Notes under the pieces: generated by a model | Databases searched by the model: none | What the model was told of the DNA's origin: nothing | Seen by the model: the letters and a program-made list of their open reading frames with translations, nothing else | Part shown: positions 1 through 8,647 of the stretch, piece after piece | How positions within the stretch are numbered: the first letter of the stretch is position 1 | How the letters are laid out: each line of letters begins with the position of its first letter | Origin: an uncultured bacterium | GTDB lineage: Bacteria > JAJVIF01 > JAPKYR01 | Direction: 5' to 3' | DNA length: 24,546 nucleotides | NCBI GenBank assembly: GCA_965369865.1 | Contig: CBDURU010000046.1 | Location: 1 to 24,546 of the forward strand | Translations under genes and position numbers: made by a program

Positions 1-52
1 ATAGCTGGAAGCTAACGGCACTTGTTATCCGATAGCTGGAAGCTAACGGCAC
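1..52. repeat. Direct repeat, 21-nt unit ATAGCTGGAAGCTAACGGCAC with 31-nt period; may continue beyond the window start
   Basis: Identical 21-mers at 1-21 and 32-52. Confidence 0.85.
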
Positions 53-143
53 ATAAGGGAAATTCTTGCTTTAAACCACCATTGGAGGAAATTTTATATT
101 GGACAAGAGTGATGGAATATGAGACGAAAATTCCAGCCGAAAT

Positions 144-1112
144 TCATTTCCCATCTGTTTTTAAAACTTCCATAAGTTTCCCGGCGATATTACCACTCGT
201 TAAACCTGCCAGTTCAAGAAGTTCGTACGGATCGCCGCTTGAAAGGTAGATGTTTGGAATCCCGACGATTCTCATCGGTACGGGATGATTCTCCACAACA
301 ACCCTCGCGACAATACTTCCAAGCCCACCGAAAATATTGTGCTCCTCGCAGGTGACGATCGGACCGTTCTCCCGCGCGCATTTGATTATTAATTCCTCAT
401 CGATAGGCTTCAGAAACGGCATGTTCACAATTCTCGGCTTTATGCCATGTTCTTCCTCAAGCATCTCCCGCGCTTCAACCGCCATCGAAAGCATCAACCC
501 GCACGCGATAATAGTTCCATCGGGTCCATCGATAAAAATATGCCCCTTCCCCATTTTGAATGGCGTGGATTCACTGGTAACCATGGGAACTTTCTCACGT
601 CCGAGCCTGAAATACACCGGGCCATCGTAACCGGCTGCCCACCTGACTGTTTTAACCGTCTCGTGGTAATCAGCGGGAACGAGGACTGTCATATTCGTGC
701 ATGCTGTCATGCATGCGAGGTCTTCCATCGACTGATGAGTCGGGCCGTCCTTTCCGACACTGATTCCGCCATGCGCCGCCGCCAGTTTTACATTCGTGTT
801 CATATAATCGACATCCTGGCGACATTGATCGAATGCCCGTCCGGAGAGAAAAATCGCATAAGAGGACAGAAATGGAATAAACCCCTGCAAAGCAAGTCCC
901 GCCGCGGTACTCACCATGTTCTGTTCGGCGATTCCCATTTCGAAAAACCTGTCCGGGTATGCATCCCTGAAAAACCGGGTCAATGTACTTTCCGCGAGGT
1001 CGGCATCGAGGACCACAATCCGTGGATTTTCCCGGCCAAGCTCGACCAGGGTTTCACCATAGGCTTTCCTTGTTAATTCGAATGTCCAGCGATCTGTACC
1101 TGTTCGAGGCAT
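144..1112 (-). CDS. Transketolase, C-terminal subunit (pyrimidine-binding and C-terminal domains)
   Basis: 322 aa with typical motifs VVLDADLAEST, EMGIAEQNM, DGPTHQS, EEHNIFGGLGS; adjacent to the N-terminal subunit. Confidence 0.95.
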   Translation of the reverse strand: MPRTGTDRWTFELTRKAYGETLVELGRENPRIVVLDADLAESTLTRFFRDAYPDRFFEMGIAEQNMVSTAAGLALQGFIPFLSSYAIFLSGRAFDQCRQDVDYMNTNVKLAAAHGGISVGKDGPTHQSMEDLACMTACTNMTVLVPADYHETVKTVRWAAGYDGPVYFRLGREKVPMVTSESTPFKMGKGHIFIDGPDGTIIACGLMLSMAVEAREMLEEEHGIKPRIVNMPFLKPIDEELIIKCARENGPIVTCEEHNIFGGLGSIVARVVVENHPVPMRIVGIPNIYLSSGDPYELLELAGLTSGNIAGKLMEVLKTDGK

Positions 1113-1219
1113 ATTTTCATCCGATATTTATTTCCTGCGATATTCCGGTTCGTGTCTGTGAAACAAACCGGTTTTATTTATAGGAAAAATTAATCATTTA
1201 AAGCCCTCGAAAAAACGAC

Positions 1220-1313
1220 AAACCGTAGAACAGCACGGCAGTGCGTCTTCCACCTTAAAACAATCCATTCGACGCACTGCCATTCGACGCACTGCCGTGC
1301 TGTTCTACGGTTT
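1220..1313. repeat. Perfect 28-bp inverted repeat (REP doublet/REPIN-like) with an internal 15-nt tandem duplication
   Basis: AAACCGTAGAACAGCACGGCAGTGCGTC (1220-1247) is the exact reverse complement of 1286-1313; GTAG near the outer end of each arm; CATTCGACGCACTGC occurs at 1266-1280 and 1281-1295. Confidence 0.85.
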
Positions 1314-1331
1314 TTTCATTTCTCACTTTAA

Positions 1332-2333
1332 TCATAGTATAACGGACGGTTTCGGCCAGCCCATAATTTTATGGAACTGCTTTCGGGCTGCTTCCACGTC
1401 GCCGTACGATTCCACCGCCTGTGACGGAGTTTCATCAAACCCGAGTTCCTGTAGCGCAGTGCCCAGGAGGTCATCGGAAGCAAGCGGTTTCCCATGCCAG
1501 AGATGGTCATCCTCAAACGACGGAACACCCTTCATCATAATTGTATGGAAAATAACCACGACGGGCCGGCCTTTTGCCATTGCATCGTGGGCATGGTCAA
1601 GTAACCTGACCACTTCATCGATGTCATGACCGTCACCTTCGAAAACTACCCAACCGTTGGCAGCGAATTTAGCATCAAGCGGACGGATGTTCATGACTTC
1701 ATGAGTACGGCCATCGATCTGCACATCGTTAAAGTCAACGAGCGCCAAAACATTATCGAGCTTGTAATGCGACATCGACATCACAGCCTCCCAGCAGCTC
1801 CCCTCCTGGAGTTCACCGTCCCCGAGATTCACGTAGACCCTGTTAGTCTTCCCTTTCAGTTTCAAGCCGAGAGCGATCCCCTGCCCGACTGACAGCCCGT
1901 GCCCAAGGCTACCGGCGCTGATGTCGATACCCGGGGTTTCATGTCGATTCGGATGGCCCTGGAGTCCCGATTCGGTCGTGCGAAATGTCAGAAGGTAAGC
2001 CGGCGGGAAAAATCCGCGCCTGCTAAGCAGCGCGTAATTCAAAGCCGAGCAATGACCGTTTGAAATAATAAACCAGTCCCGATTTTCATCATCAGGATTT
2101 TTCGGATCGACGAGGACGTAATTGAAATAGAGCGCAGTGAGATAATCCGCAGCCGAGAGGGGTCCGCCTGGATGTCCCGATTTCGCGACATGGGTCTGGA
2201 CAATAACATCGCGACGGATGATGCGCGCCATCTCCTTTAATTCATCGATGGAAAGATTTTTTATTTCCAATGCCAAATTCGTGCTCCCGATCGATGAGAT
2301 TAAAAATTGTTTGTGTTCATGTGCCGGAGACAC
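1332..2333 (-). CDS. Transketolase, N-terminal thiamine-diphosphate-binding subunit
   Basis: SGHPGGPLS, LQGHP, GSLGHGLS, TPP motif GDGELQEG, WHGK. Confidence 0.95.
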   Translation of the reverse strand: MSPAHEHKQFLISSIGSTNLALEIKNLSIDELKEMARIIRRDVIVQTHVAKSGHPGGPLSAADYLTALYFNYVLVDPKNPDDENRDWFIISNGHCSALNYALLSRRGFFPPAYLLTFRTTESGLQGHPNRHETPGIDISAGSLGHGLSVGQGIALGLKLKGKTNRVYVNLGDGELQEGSCWEAVMSMSHYKLDNVLALVDFNDVQIDGRTHEVMNIRPLDAKFAANGWVVFEGDGHDIDEVVRLLDHAHDAMAKGRPVVVIFHTIMMKGVPSFEDDHLWHGKPLASDDLLGTALQELGFDETPSQAVESYGDVEAARKQFHKIMGWPKPSVIL

Positions 2334-2418
2334 ATGGAACGAGTTATCATGCGCCAGAGTCGCATGCCACGATTGAATGTAACAGCAGGATACTGCGGAC
2401 CCGTATTAATGCGAGCAC

Positions 2419-3966
2419 TCAACTCGCCACTTCGTGTGCCCTGATTTCGCGGATAACGGTTACCCGAATCTGTCCGGGGTAATCAAGCTGATCCTCGATT
2501 TTATCGGCTACCTGACGCGCGAGCAGCGGTGTTAACTGGTCATCGATTTCGTCAGGTTCGACAATAATTCTTATTTCGCGTCCGGCCTGGATCGCGAAGC
2601 ATCGGTCGACCCCTTCAAATCCGCTGGCGATATTTTCAAGGTCTGTAAGCCTCCTGATGTAACTAGAAAGCGTTTCACCCCTGACCCCGGGGCGTGCCGC
2701 GGAAATTGCATCCGCGGCCTGAACGAGGATTGCCTCGATAGTTTTCTGCTCCACTTCGGCATGGTGAGCAGCGATCGCGTGAACGACACCTTTGGGTTCC
2801 TTGAATCTTCGCGCGAGTTCAGCGCCAATTGACGCGTGTGTTCCCTGGACATCGTGGTCGACGGCTTTCCCGATATCGTGGAGGAGTCCGCATCGCCTCG
2901 CGAGTGTTGGATTCGTCCCAAGTTCCGCGGCAAGGTTTCCTGTCAGAGTGGCAACCTCTATGGAATGCATCAGGATATTCTGTCCGTAGCTCGTGCGGTA
3001 TTTCAAACGTCCGAGGAGCTTGATAATTTCGGGGTTAACATCACCGATCCCGACCTCAAGCACCGCCTGCTGGCCGACTTCCCAGATCGCTTTGTCGATT
3101 TCAGTCTTTGATTTCTCAAACGACTCCTCGATCCTGGCGGGATGAATCCTGCCGTCCTGGACCAGTTTCTCCAGGGTCAGCCTCGCGATCGCGCGACGAA
3201 TTGGATCGAAGGCGGACAGAACGACCGCCTCCGGTGTGTCATCGATAATCACCTCGACCCCGGTCAAAGTCTCAAAAGTACGGATATTCCTGCCCTCACG
3301 GCCGATTATCCGTCCTTTCATATCATCGGACGGGAGTTTAACCTCACTGGTTGTTGTTTCGGCAACGTGGTCAACGGCGGTGCGTTGAATCGCGAGCGTC
3401 ACAAGTTTCTTCGCCTGCCGGTCGGCGTCTTCTTTAATCCGCACCTCATGCGCGGCGATACGTTTGGAGTATTCGAGGTCGAGCTTCTTGTCTGTGCGAT
3501 CAAGCAGGAAATCTTTCGCCTGCTCCTGTGTGAGGCCTGCAATCCGCTCAATTTCCTTATCCTGAATAGCAACCTTCTCATCCAGTTGCTGTTCGAGGGC
3601 TACTACACGCTTTTCTTTCTTGTCGAGATTCTCGAGTCGTTTCTGAACATTATCGGTTTTCTTGTCGAGTTGATCTTCTTTGCGCTGAATCTTTGTTTCG
3701 TATCGTTCGATTTCCTTCTTGCGTCTTTTTATTTCTCTGTCAGTTTCGTTTCGCTGATTATCCGCTTTATCCTTAGCTTTTAATATTACGTCTTTTGCTT
3801 TTGCCTCCGCTTCCGTTGCTGCTTCTTTTTTAATCCTTTCAGCTTCCCTTGCAGCCGACCCCAGTATTCTTGAATCAAGGTACTGTCTTAAGTACCAACT
3901 GAATATACCAGTCACCAGTATTAGTAGACCGATTATAACGTAATTGATTTGAAAATATTGTAGCAT
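2419..3966 (-). CDS. rny: Ribonuclease Y
   Basis: N-terminal TM helix, coiled coil, KH domain ([13 protein letters not shown]), HD domain (LLHDIGK), [18 protein letters not shown] upstream. Confidence 0.97.
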   Translation of the reverse strand: MLQYFQINYVIIGLLILVTGIFSWYLRQYLDSRILGSAAREAERIKKEAATEAEAKAKDVILKAKDKADNQRNETDREIKRRKKEIERYETKIQRKEDQLDKKTDNVQKRLENLDKKEKRVVALEQQLDEKVAIQDKEIERIAGLTQEQAKDFLLDRTDKKLDLEYSKRIAAHEVRIKEDADRQAKKLVTLAIQRTAVDHVAETTTSEVKLPSDDMKGRIIGREGRNIRTFETLTGVEVIIDDTPEAVVLSAFDPIRRAIARLTLEKLVQDGRIHPARIEESFEKSKTEIDKAIWEVGQQAVLEVGIGDVNPEIIKLLGRLKYRTSYGQNILMHSIEVATLTGNLAAELGTNPTLARRCGLLHDIGKAVDHDVQGTHASIGAELARRFKEPKGVVHAIAAHHAEVEQKTIEAILVQAADAISAARPGVRGETLSSYIRRLTDLENIASGFEGVDRCFAIQAGREIRIIVEPDEIDDQLTPLLARQVADKIEDQLDYPGQIRVTVIREIRAHEVAS

Positions 3967-4175
3967 GTATGATTAACACCTCCGAGGGTTGTTCTATCAG
4001 TTTGAGGTTCATGTTCATTGCGGCACTCCTTTTAAAGGCATGGACAAAAATACACCAAATACCCCCGCCTTCAGCAGGATTAATTGGCGTTTACGAGACA
4101 CAATAATAAGGCAAAATGCGGTCTAATTCAAATGACATCGGGATTAACGATGACTAATGCTGAAATTTCAGCGAT

Positions 4176-5237
4176 TTAATCGAGGTCAGTGGGTACTTCA
4201 TCGGGAATCTCAATCGAGTCTTCATCTTTGACCAGCCCGAGTTCTTTCTTAACAGCCTCTTCGATCTCAACACGAAGGTCATCGTTCTCAGTCAGGAAAT
4301 CCCGGACATTCTCGCGTCCCTGGCCCAGTTTTTCATCATTATATGCGAACCAGGCCCCGGATTTCTTGACTATCCCGTTCTCAACGGCGAGGTCGAGAAG
4401 GTCCCCGATCCTGGAAATTCCCAAACCAAAAATAATCTCGCCCTCAATATTCTTAAACGGTGGCGCAATCTTGTTCTTGACCACTTTGATCACAATCTTG
4501 CTGCCAATTACATCGTTGCCCTGCTTGATACTGCCGAGCCTTCGCACGTCCATACGAATGGTGGCGTAGAATTTCAACGCCCGTCCACCGGAAGTAGTCA
4601 ACGGGCTTCCGAACATCACACCGATTTTCTCCCTGATCTGGTTAATGAAAACGATCATTGCCTTGGTTTTACTAACCGACCCGGTGAGTTTTCTCATGGC
4701 CTGGCTCATCAGCCTTGCCTGTAATCCAACATGAACATCACCCATCTCCCCATCGATTTCAGCACGGGGGACAAGCGCGGCGACCGAATCGATCACAACC
4801 AAATTCACCGATCCGGACTTGACAAGCATCTCGCAAATCTCCAATGCCTGTTCCCCGGTATCAGGCTGGCATACGAGAAGTTCATCGGTATCGACACCGA
4901 TTCTCTGCGCATAAGACGGATCGAGGGCATGCTCAGCATCGATAAATGCCACGGTACCTCCCTGTTTCTGGCATTCCGCCACAATGTGGAGAGCGAGGGT
5001 GGTTTTCCCGGACCCTTCAGTACCGAAAATCTCCGCGATCCTCCCCTTTGGTAATCCCCCGATCCCGAGAGCGATATCCAATGAAAGGATGCCTGTCGGG
5101 ATTACATCGGGTCTCAGTTTTGTCTGATCGTCGCCCAGACGCATTATCGCGCCTTCCCCGAATTGCCTTTTAATTTGCCCGAGAGTGAGTTCGAGAGATT
5201 TTTTCCTGGTATCTTCTGATTCTCTTGCCATGACCAT
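4176..5237 (-). CDS. recA: Recombinase RecA
   Basis: Walker [53 protein letters not shown]. Confidence 0.99.
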   Translation of the reverse strand: MVMARESEDTRKKSLELTLGQIKRQFGEGAIMRLGDDQTKLRPDVIPTGILSLDIALGIGGLPKGRIAEIFGTEGSGKTTLALHIVAECQKQGGTVAFIDAEHALDPSYAQRIGVDTDELLVCQPDTGEQALEICEMLVKSGSVNLVVIDSVAALVPRAEIDGEMGDVHVGLQARLMSQAMRKLTGSVSKTKAMIVFINQIREKIGVMFGSPLTTSGGRALKFYATIRMDVRRLGSIKQGNDVIGSKIVIKVVKNKIAPPFKNIEGEIIFGLGISRIGDLLDLAVENGIVKKSGAWFAYNDEKLGQGRENVRDFLTENDDLRVEIEEAVKKELGLVKDEDSIEIPDEVPTDLD

Positions 5238-5346
5238 GTCTCCTTAGAGCTTCTTATATACAGGATTTTCAATTACCTAACGTTTGGGAGAATGAAAACC
5301 TGACATAAAAATTCCAGTTAAAGCGATTTTCTGTTAATTTCAATAT

Positions 5347-5375
5347 ACAATACATCCGTTTAGGTAAAATATCAA
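5347..5375 (-). promoter_or_regulatory. Candidate sigma70 promoter for recA with a degenerate LexA-like site in the spacer
   Basis: Minus strand TTGATA-17nt-TATTGT; AAAC-GGAT-GTAT (5350-5361) resembles GAAC-N4-GTTC. Confidence 0.35.
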
Positions 5376-5412
5376 GTACAATTAATAATAATTTTAAAAA
5401 AAAATCGGGAAT

Positions 5413-5964
5413 TCAGCCAGAGCCGAATTTAAATCGCTCGATTGCCGTATAAACAGCGCCTTTTGGAGTCAGGTCGCTTTTGATCAGGACAATTTCATCC
5501 ACTACCCACGATTGCCCCTCAAAACCGGCGAACGCCTTCCGGATTATTTCCTTTTCATTCATGGAAATCTTAATTTTATGCCTCGCCAGTGTCAGGTGAG
5601 CTTTAAACTGCCTGTCATCGGGACGTTCGAGGTATCCGGAGCATGTCTCCTTGAGCATTGAAGAGACCATCAATAATGTTTCTATTTCACCAATCAGTGT
5701 CAGAAATGACACACGGGGGAAGAATCCCGTCGGACCGATCTCCAGTGTGCAGGGTCTGGCCATAGCGACCGCGTCGTGTCCGAACCCAATGAAATCATTC
5801 ATAATATCGTCAGGCTGTTCACCAAGGAACAATAACGTAATATGCATCCCGTGGGTCCCGACCGGCCGAACATGACGTCCGAGGTTCCTGAGAGCAATAA
5901 CTTCAGGAGCCAGGGAACGCTTGATCTCATCGTCGATTTCAACCGCATAAAAAAGTCGCACCAT
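5413..5964 (-). CDS. thpR: RNA 2',3'-cyclic phosphodiesterase (2H phosphoesterase, 2'-5' RNA ligase family)
   Basis: RLFYAV start, two HxT motifs (HITLLFLG, HLTLAR), C-terminal SDLTPKGAVY; typical position upstream of recA. Confidence 0.93.
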   Translation of the reverse strand: MVRLFYAVEIDDEIKRSLAPEVIALRNLGRHVRPVGTHGMHITLLFLGEQPDDIMNDFIGFGHDAVAMARPCTLEIGPTGFFPRVSFLTLIGEIETLLMVSSMLKETCSGYLERPDDRQFKAHLTLARHKIKISMNEKEIIRKAFAGFEGQSWVVDEIVLIKSDLTPKGAVYTAIERFKFGSG

Positions 5965-6033
5965 GCGTAAGATCCTTTTTAAAGAGAAAATAATTCCAGC
6001 CGAAAAATATGAATATTCAACGTTGGATTAACA

Positions 6034-6062
6034 TTGACAAAATATTAACCCTAAGGGATAAT
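6034..6062 (+). promoter_or_regulatory. Near-consensus sigma70 promoter
   Basis: TTGACA (6034-6039), 17-nt spacer, GATAAT (6057-6062). Confidence 0.75.
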
Positions 6063-6066
6063 ATAT

Positions 6067-6115
6067 GTGAGTCGAGTCTAGGCGTTCCCCCCCTACGTCT
6101 AACTCGGCTTTTTTT
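6067..6115 (+). ncRNA. Candidate ~50-nt small RNA or attenuator hairpin with a UCCCCCCCU loop and U-tract
   Basis: Starts right after the promoter; 15-bp stem AGTCGAGT-c-TAGGCGT/ACGTCTA-ACTCGGCT with two G-U pairs and one bulge, C7 loop, then a T run. Confidence 0.5.
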
Positions 6116-6181
6116 CCCTATATTGCGGATTGGTTCAAAAATTTAACTCATTTATCCCTTTTGGCATCAAGATTGTATAAA

Positions 6182-6239
6182 AACACTTGAGGGGTTACTC
6201 GTGACAATATATCAGGAGCAGTTTCCAACCTCAAGTGTT
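6182..6239 (+). promoter_or_regulatory. Structured 5' leader of the L,D-transpeptidase gene
   Basis: Perfect 11-bp inverted repeat AACACTTGAGG/CCTCAAGTGTT enclosing inner stem CTCgTGA/TCAgGAG, directly before GGAGG. Confidence 0.4.
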
Positions 6240-6262
6240 GGAGGATTTAAGAGGTACCGGTT

Positions 6263-6910
6263 ATGTTCAGACCAAATATTACAATACGGATAATTATAAC
6301 AGCATTAGCAACCTTATTATGCCTGTCAACATCAACAATCGGAGCTGAAAATTCTGAATTTACAGACGAAGTGACATCAGGTAAACCGCTATCATTTGCC
6401 GCGTCAAGATATGCCGAAGAGCTTACAGAACCCGTTACCGAAGCCGCGTTTGATTTTGTACCGCCGGAAGGCCTTGAGGAGCCTGAACCTGAAAGAAAAG
6501 TAATTATTTCTCTTGCGGACCAGCGGATGTGGATTTACGAGGACAGCGAAGTGCTGCACAGGTTCCTGGTGTCCACCGGGGTACCGGGACATCGCACCCC
6601 AACGGGAAACTACAGCGTCCGGAGCCAGGCTGCCCGCGCGTATTCGAACAAGTACGAATGCTTCATGCCCAACTGGTCGGCTATCACCAGCGATGGATTG
6701 TACGGCATGCACGCGCTCGATGGCACGAGCTACATTCGCCACCTGGGATCGGTCGCGAGCCACGGCTGTATCAGGCTCGCGCCTGAGAATGCGGAATGGC
6801 TGTTTAACTGGGTAGAGATCGGAACACCGGTCGATATCGTGGACGATTATACGGAGCCGCCGGAAGCCAAAGCGATCGAATACAGGATCGAAAGGCGCTA
6901 CTGCTTCTGA
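6263..6910 (+). CDS. Secreted L,D-transpeptidase (YkuD domain), intact copy
   Basis: Signal-peptide-like N terminus, acidic/Pro linker, VSTG..TPTG, catalytic GMH...SHGCIRL, GTPVDIV. Confidence 0.93.
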   Translation: MFRPNITIRIIITALATLLCLSTSTIGAENSEFTDEVTSGKPLSFAASRYAEELTEPVTEAAFDFVPPEGLEEPEPERKVIISLADQRMWIYEDSEVLHRFLVSTGVPGHRTPTGNYSVRSQAARAYSNKYECFMPNWSAITSDGLYGMHALDGTSYIRHLGSVASHGCIRLAPENAEWLFNWVEIGTPVDIVDDYTEPPEAKAIEYRIERRYCF

Positions 6911-6970
6911 TTAAAAAAACCTGGCAAAATTAGAGATATCATCCCCCTTTATATTGAGGGGGATTTTTTT
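6482..6970 (+). repeat. LDT 3'-part plus terminator repeat, copy 1 (within the intact gene)
   Basis: 429 nt (6482-6910) align without gaps to 17524-17952 and 22026-22454, with a shared downstream tail. Confidence 0.97.
6941..6970 (+). terminator. Intrinsic terminator of the LDT gene
   Basis: ATCCCCCTT/GAGGGGGAT stem followed by a T run; the convergent gene ends at 7000. Confidence 0.8.
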
Positions 6971-6999
6971 ACCTGGTAATCAAAACTGTTTTTAACCTT

Positions 7000-7911
7000 T
7001 TATTGATCTAATCCATAAATCTGTCGTGGGGCGAGAAATTCTGGAAATCTATCCAACAGGGCCAGGCGGACGATGTAACAGAAATGGCAGGCGCTGACAT
7101 ATTTTTCATCGTGCTTTACTTCATAGGTTTTTGCCAGAAGAGCCGGCCCGCCTTTTAGCAATGGACCACAGATCGGGTGTGATTCAGCATCATAGTTCTT
7201 AAATAACTCTGATAGTGGTGTATCAAACATATTGCCAATTACGAGTCCCTGACAGAGATGAACAAACCCATAAGGATCGATGTGAACTCTTCCGGGGTTC
7301 CTGAGTTCCTCCTCAGGGCACTCTGTGAATTCATCATAGTGAATTCCTGGAAGTCCTTCTGTCAGTTTCTCAACTGCTCTTCCCTTAAGTAAAGCACCCC
7401 CTCCGAGTACAGGCTCTCCTTTGGGTCCTGTTTTCACTCTATCAATCTCAGGCTTCTCAATGCAAATCGAACCAACCGGTATCCCAAGTTTTTCAGCCGC
7501 TGCTAAAGCAATTTTGGCTGGTGTATCTTTCTGATCCCCGAAATGAAGTGCGTCGTCGCTTACGCTTAAATCGGCTAATCCCAGTTCACGGAGGGGTCTC
7601 AGCCAGATTTCGGCATCTGCCTCGGACGTTGCCCAGTATGCGTTGGTCACAATCCCGGTTTTGAACCCCATTTTCTGAGCAAGTTTGATTCCCTCAAGCA
7701 TTAATGGGTAAAACAAAAACGGCTCACCGCCTTCAAAATATACCCATTCTATTGTTCCAATTTTAATCAATTCATCGAGCGTCTCTTTTATTTTATTGAT
7801 AGTAAAAGTACCCTTTGCATATGGACTGCTATACACATAACAATGGTCGCATTCCATGCTGCATGTATAGGTCAAGAGAAAGTGAATTCCGGTTGGGAAG
7901 CTGTTGCTCAT
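7000..7911 (-). CDS. Radical SAM protein with C-terminal Cys cluster (SPASM/twitch-like)
   Basis: CSMECDHC (CxxxCxxC), GGEPFL, VTNAYWA, later IDPYGFVHLC and CHFC. Confidence 0.9.
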   Translation of the reverse strand: MSNSFPTGIHFLLTYTCSMECDHCYVYSSPYAKGTFTINKIKETLDELIKIGTIEWVYFEGGEPFLFYPLMLEGIKLAQKMGFKTGIVTNAYWATSEADAEIWLRPLRELGLADLSVSDDALHFGDQKDTPAKIALAAAEKLGIPVGSICIEKPEIDRVKTGPKGEPVLGGGALLKGRAVEKLTEGLPGIHYDEFTECPEEELRNPGRVHIDPYGFVHLCQGLVIGNMFDTPLSELFKNYDAESHPICGPLLKGGPALLAKTYEVKHDEKYVSACHFCYIVRLALLDRFPEFLAPRQIYGLDQ

Positions 7912-7979
7912 TTAATTATCTGACACCTCATACATATTATAAATCAACAACGCTGATTTCTGCAAAACCGTCAATGAAA

Positions 7980-8060
7980 CCTGGGGCAGGAATCTGTCCC
8001 TGGGGCCATTCCGGATTCGCGGTCGTGCTGAAGTCGAGGGGCAGACCCAGGAAGGATTAA
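7980..8060 (+). mobile_element. Relic of a RAYT/IS200-like transposase C terminus preceded by a REP-like hairpin
   Basis: Hairpin CCTGGGGCAG-GAAT-CTGTCCCTGG (7980-8003); 8016-8057 nearly identical to 23967-24007; encodes VVLKSRGRPRKD*. Confidence 0.55.
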
Positions 8061-8127
8061 GAGAAGATATGAAACTGATACGATGGGCAGGTGTTTCGTT
8101 TCACGACCCGAGGGTTGGTCAAGCTAT

Positions 8128-8490
8128 CTAAAACCCATACTTCCGAAGCAAATCTGCGATACCTTCCTCGGTCAAAGGCGCCCGATTTATCAGATCGGTT
8201 TTCTCAGGTGTGGGATCCATGCTCCAGTATTTATCACCATCAATATCCAGGTAAGTCTGCATGTAGGATTTATACCGCTGTTCGTAACCGTACTCCCAGA
8301 TGGAGTTCGCGAGAAGCAACATTTCGGCTTTTGGGACATCACCTCGATTCATGTCTTCGCGAAGACAATATTCGTGCGGTGCAGTCCTGGCATAGGTCTT
8401 GGCAAATATCCAATTAGCATGTGCGATAATCTTGCGAAGCCTGGAAAGAAGGTCTTCCGGAATGGATTTTCTTAGCGTTTTATCAGTCAT
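8128..8490 (-). CDS. Hypothetical protein (~120 aa; ATG at 8490 preferred, ORF open to 8535)
   Basis: Protein-like ORF (WIFAKTY..APHEY, YWSM, LINRA), divergent from the nuclease gene; function not recognised. Confidence 0.65.
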   Translation of the reverse strand: MTDKTLRKSIPEDLLSRLRKIIAHANWIFAKTYARTAPHEYCLREDMNRGDVPKAEMLLLANSIWEYGYEQRYKSYMQTYLDIDGDKYWSMDPTPEKTDLINRAPLTEEGIADLLRKYGF

Positions 8491-8578
8491 TACCAGCCTT
8501 ATTTCCAACAGCTTAGCAAAAGTTTGGATGGCCACAAAGCCTTTTTCTACGAAATAAACCGAGAAGGGGATCCTTGTT

Positions 8579-8608
8579 TTGACTTGATTGCTAACTTTGC
8601 TGTATCCT
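8579..8608 (+). promoter_or_regulatory. Candidate sigma70 promoter for the nuclease gene
   Basis: TTGACT-18nt-TATCCT, then purine-rich SD before ATG 8648. Confidence 0.4.
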
Positions 8609-8647
8609 CAGTAATTACCACTCATAAACTTAAGGGAAGGAAAGATC

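Noticed and set aside
1..52. CRISPR array
   Set aside because: Only two 21-nt units with a 10-nt gap; no cas genes
447..3783. Long plus-strand ORFs 447-1076 and 3142-3783
   Set aside because: Antisense to well-supported transketolase and rny genes, with no recognisable motifs
3967..4175. 6S RNA upstream of rny
   Set aside because: Could not find the long terminal pairing with central bubble; only a short palindrome at 4159-4172
4176..5237. recA as a dedicated component of the cassette array
   Set aside because: thpR-recA-rny is a common housekeeping arrangement, so proximity alone is not evidence
6182..6262. Purine or c-di-AMP riboswitch
   Set aside because: Only superficial similarity; conserved core motifs not found
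6404..6815. Alternative-frame and antisense ORFs repeated at each LDT copy (also 17515-17956, 21999-22590)
   Set aside because: Shadows of the repeat; substitutions are synonymous in the LDT frame and the ORF ends differ between copies
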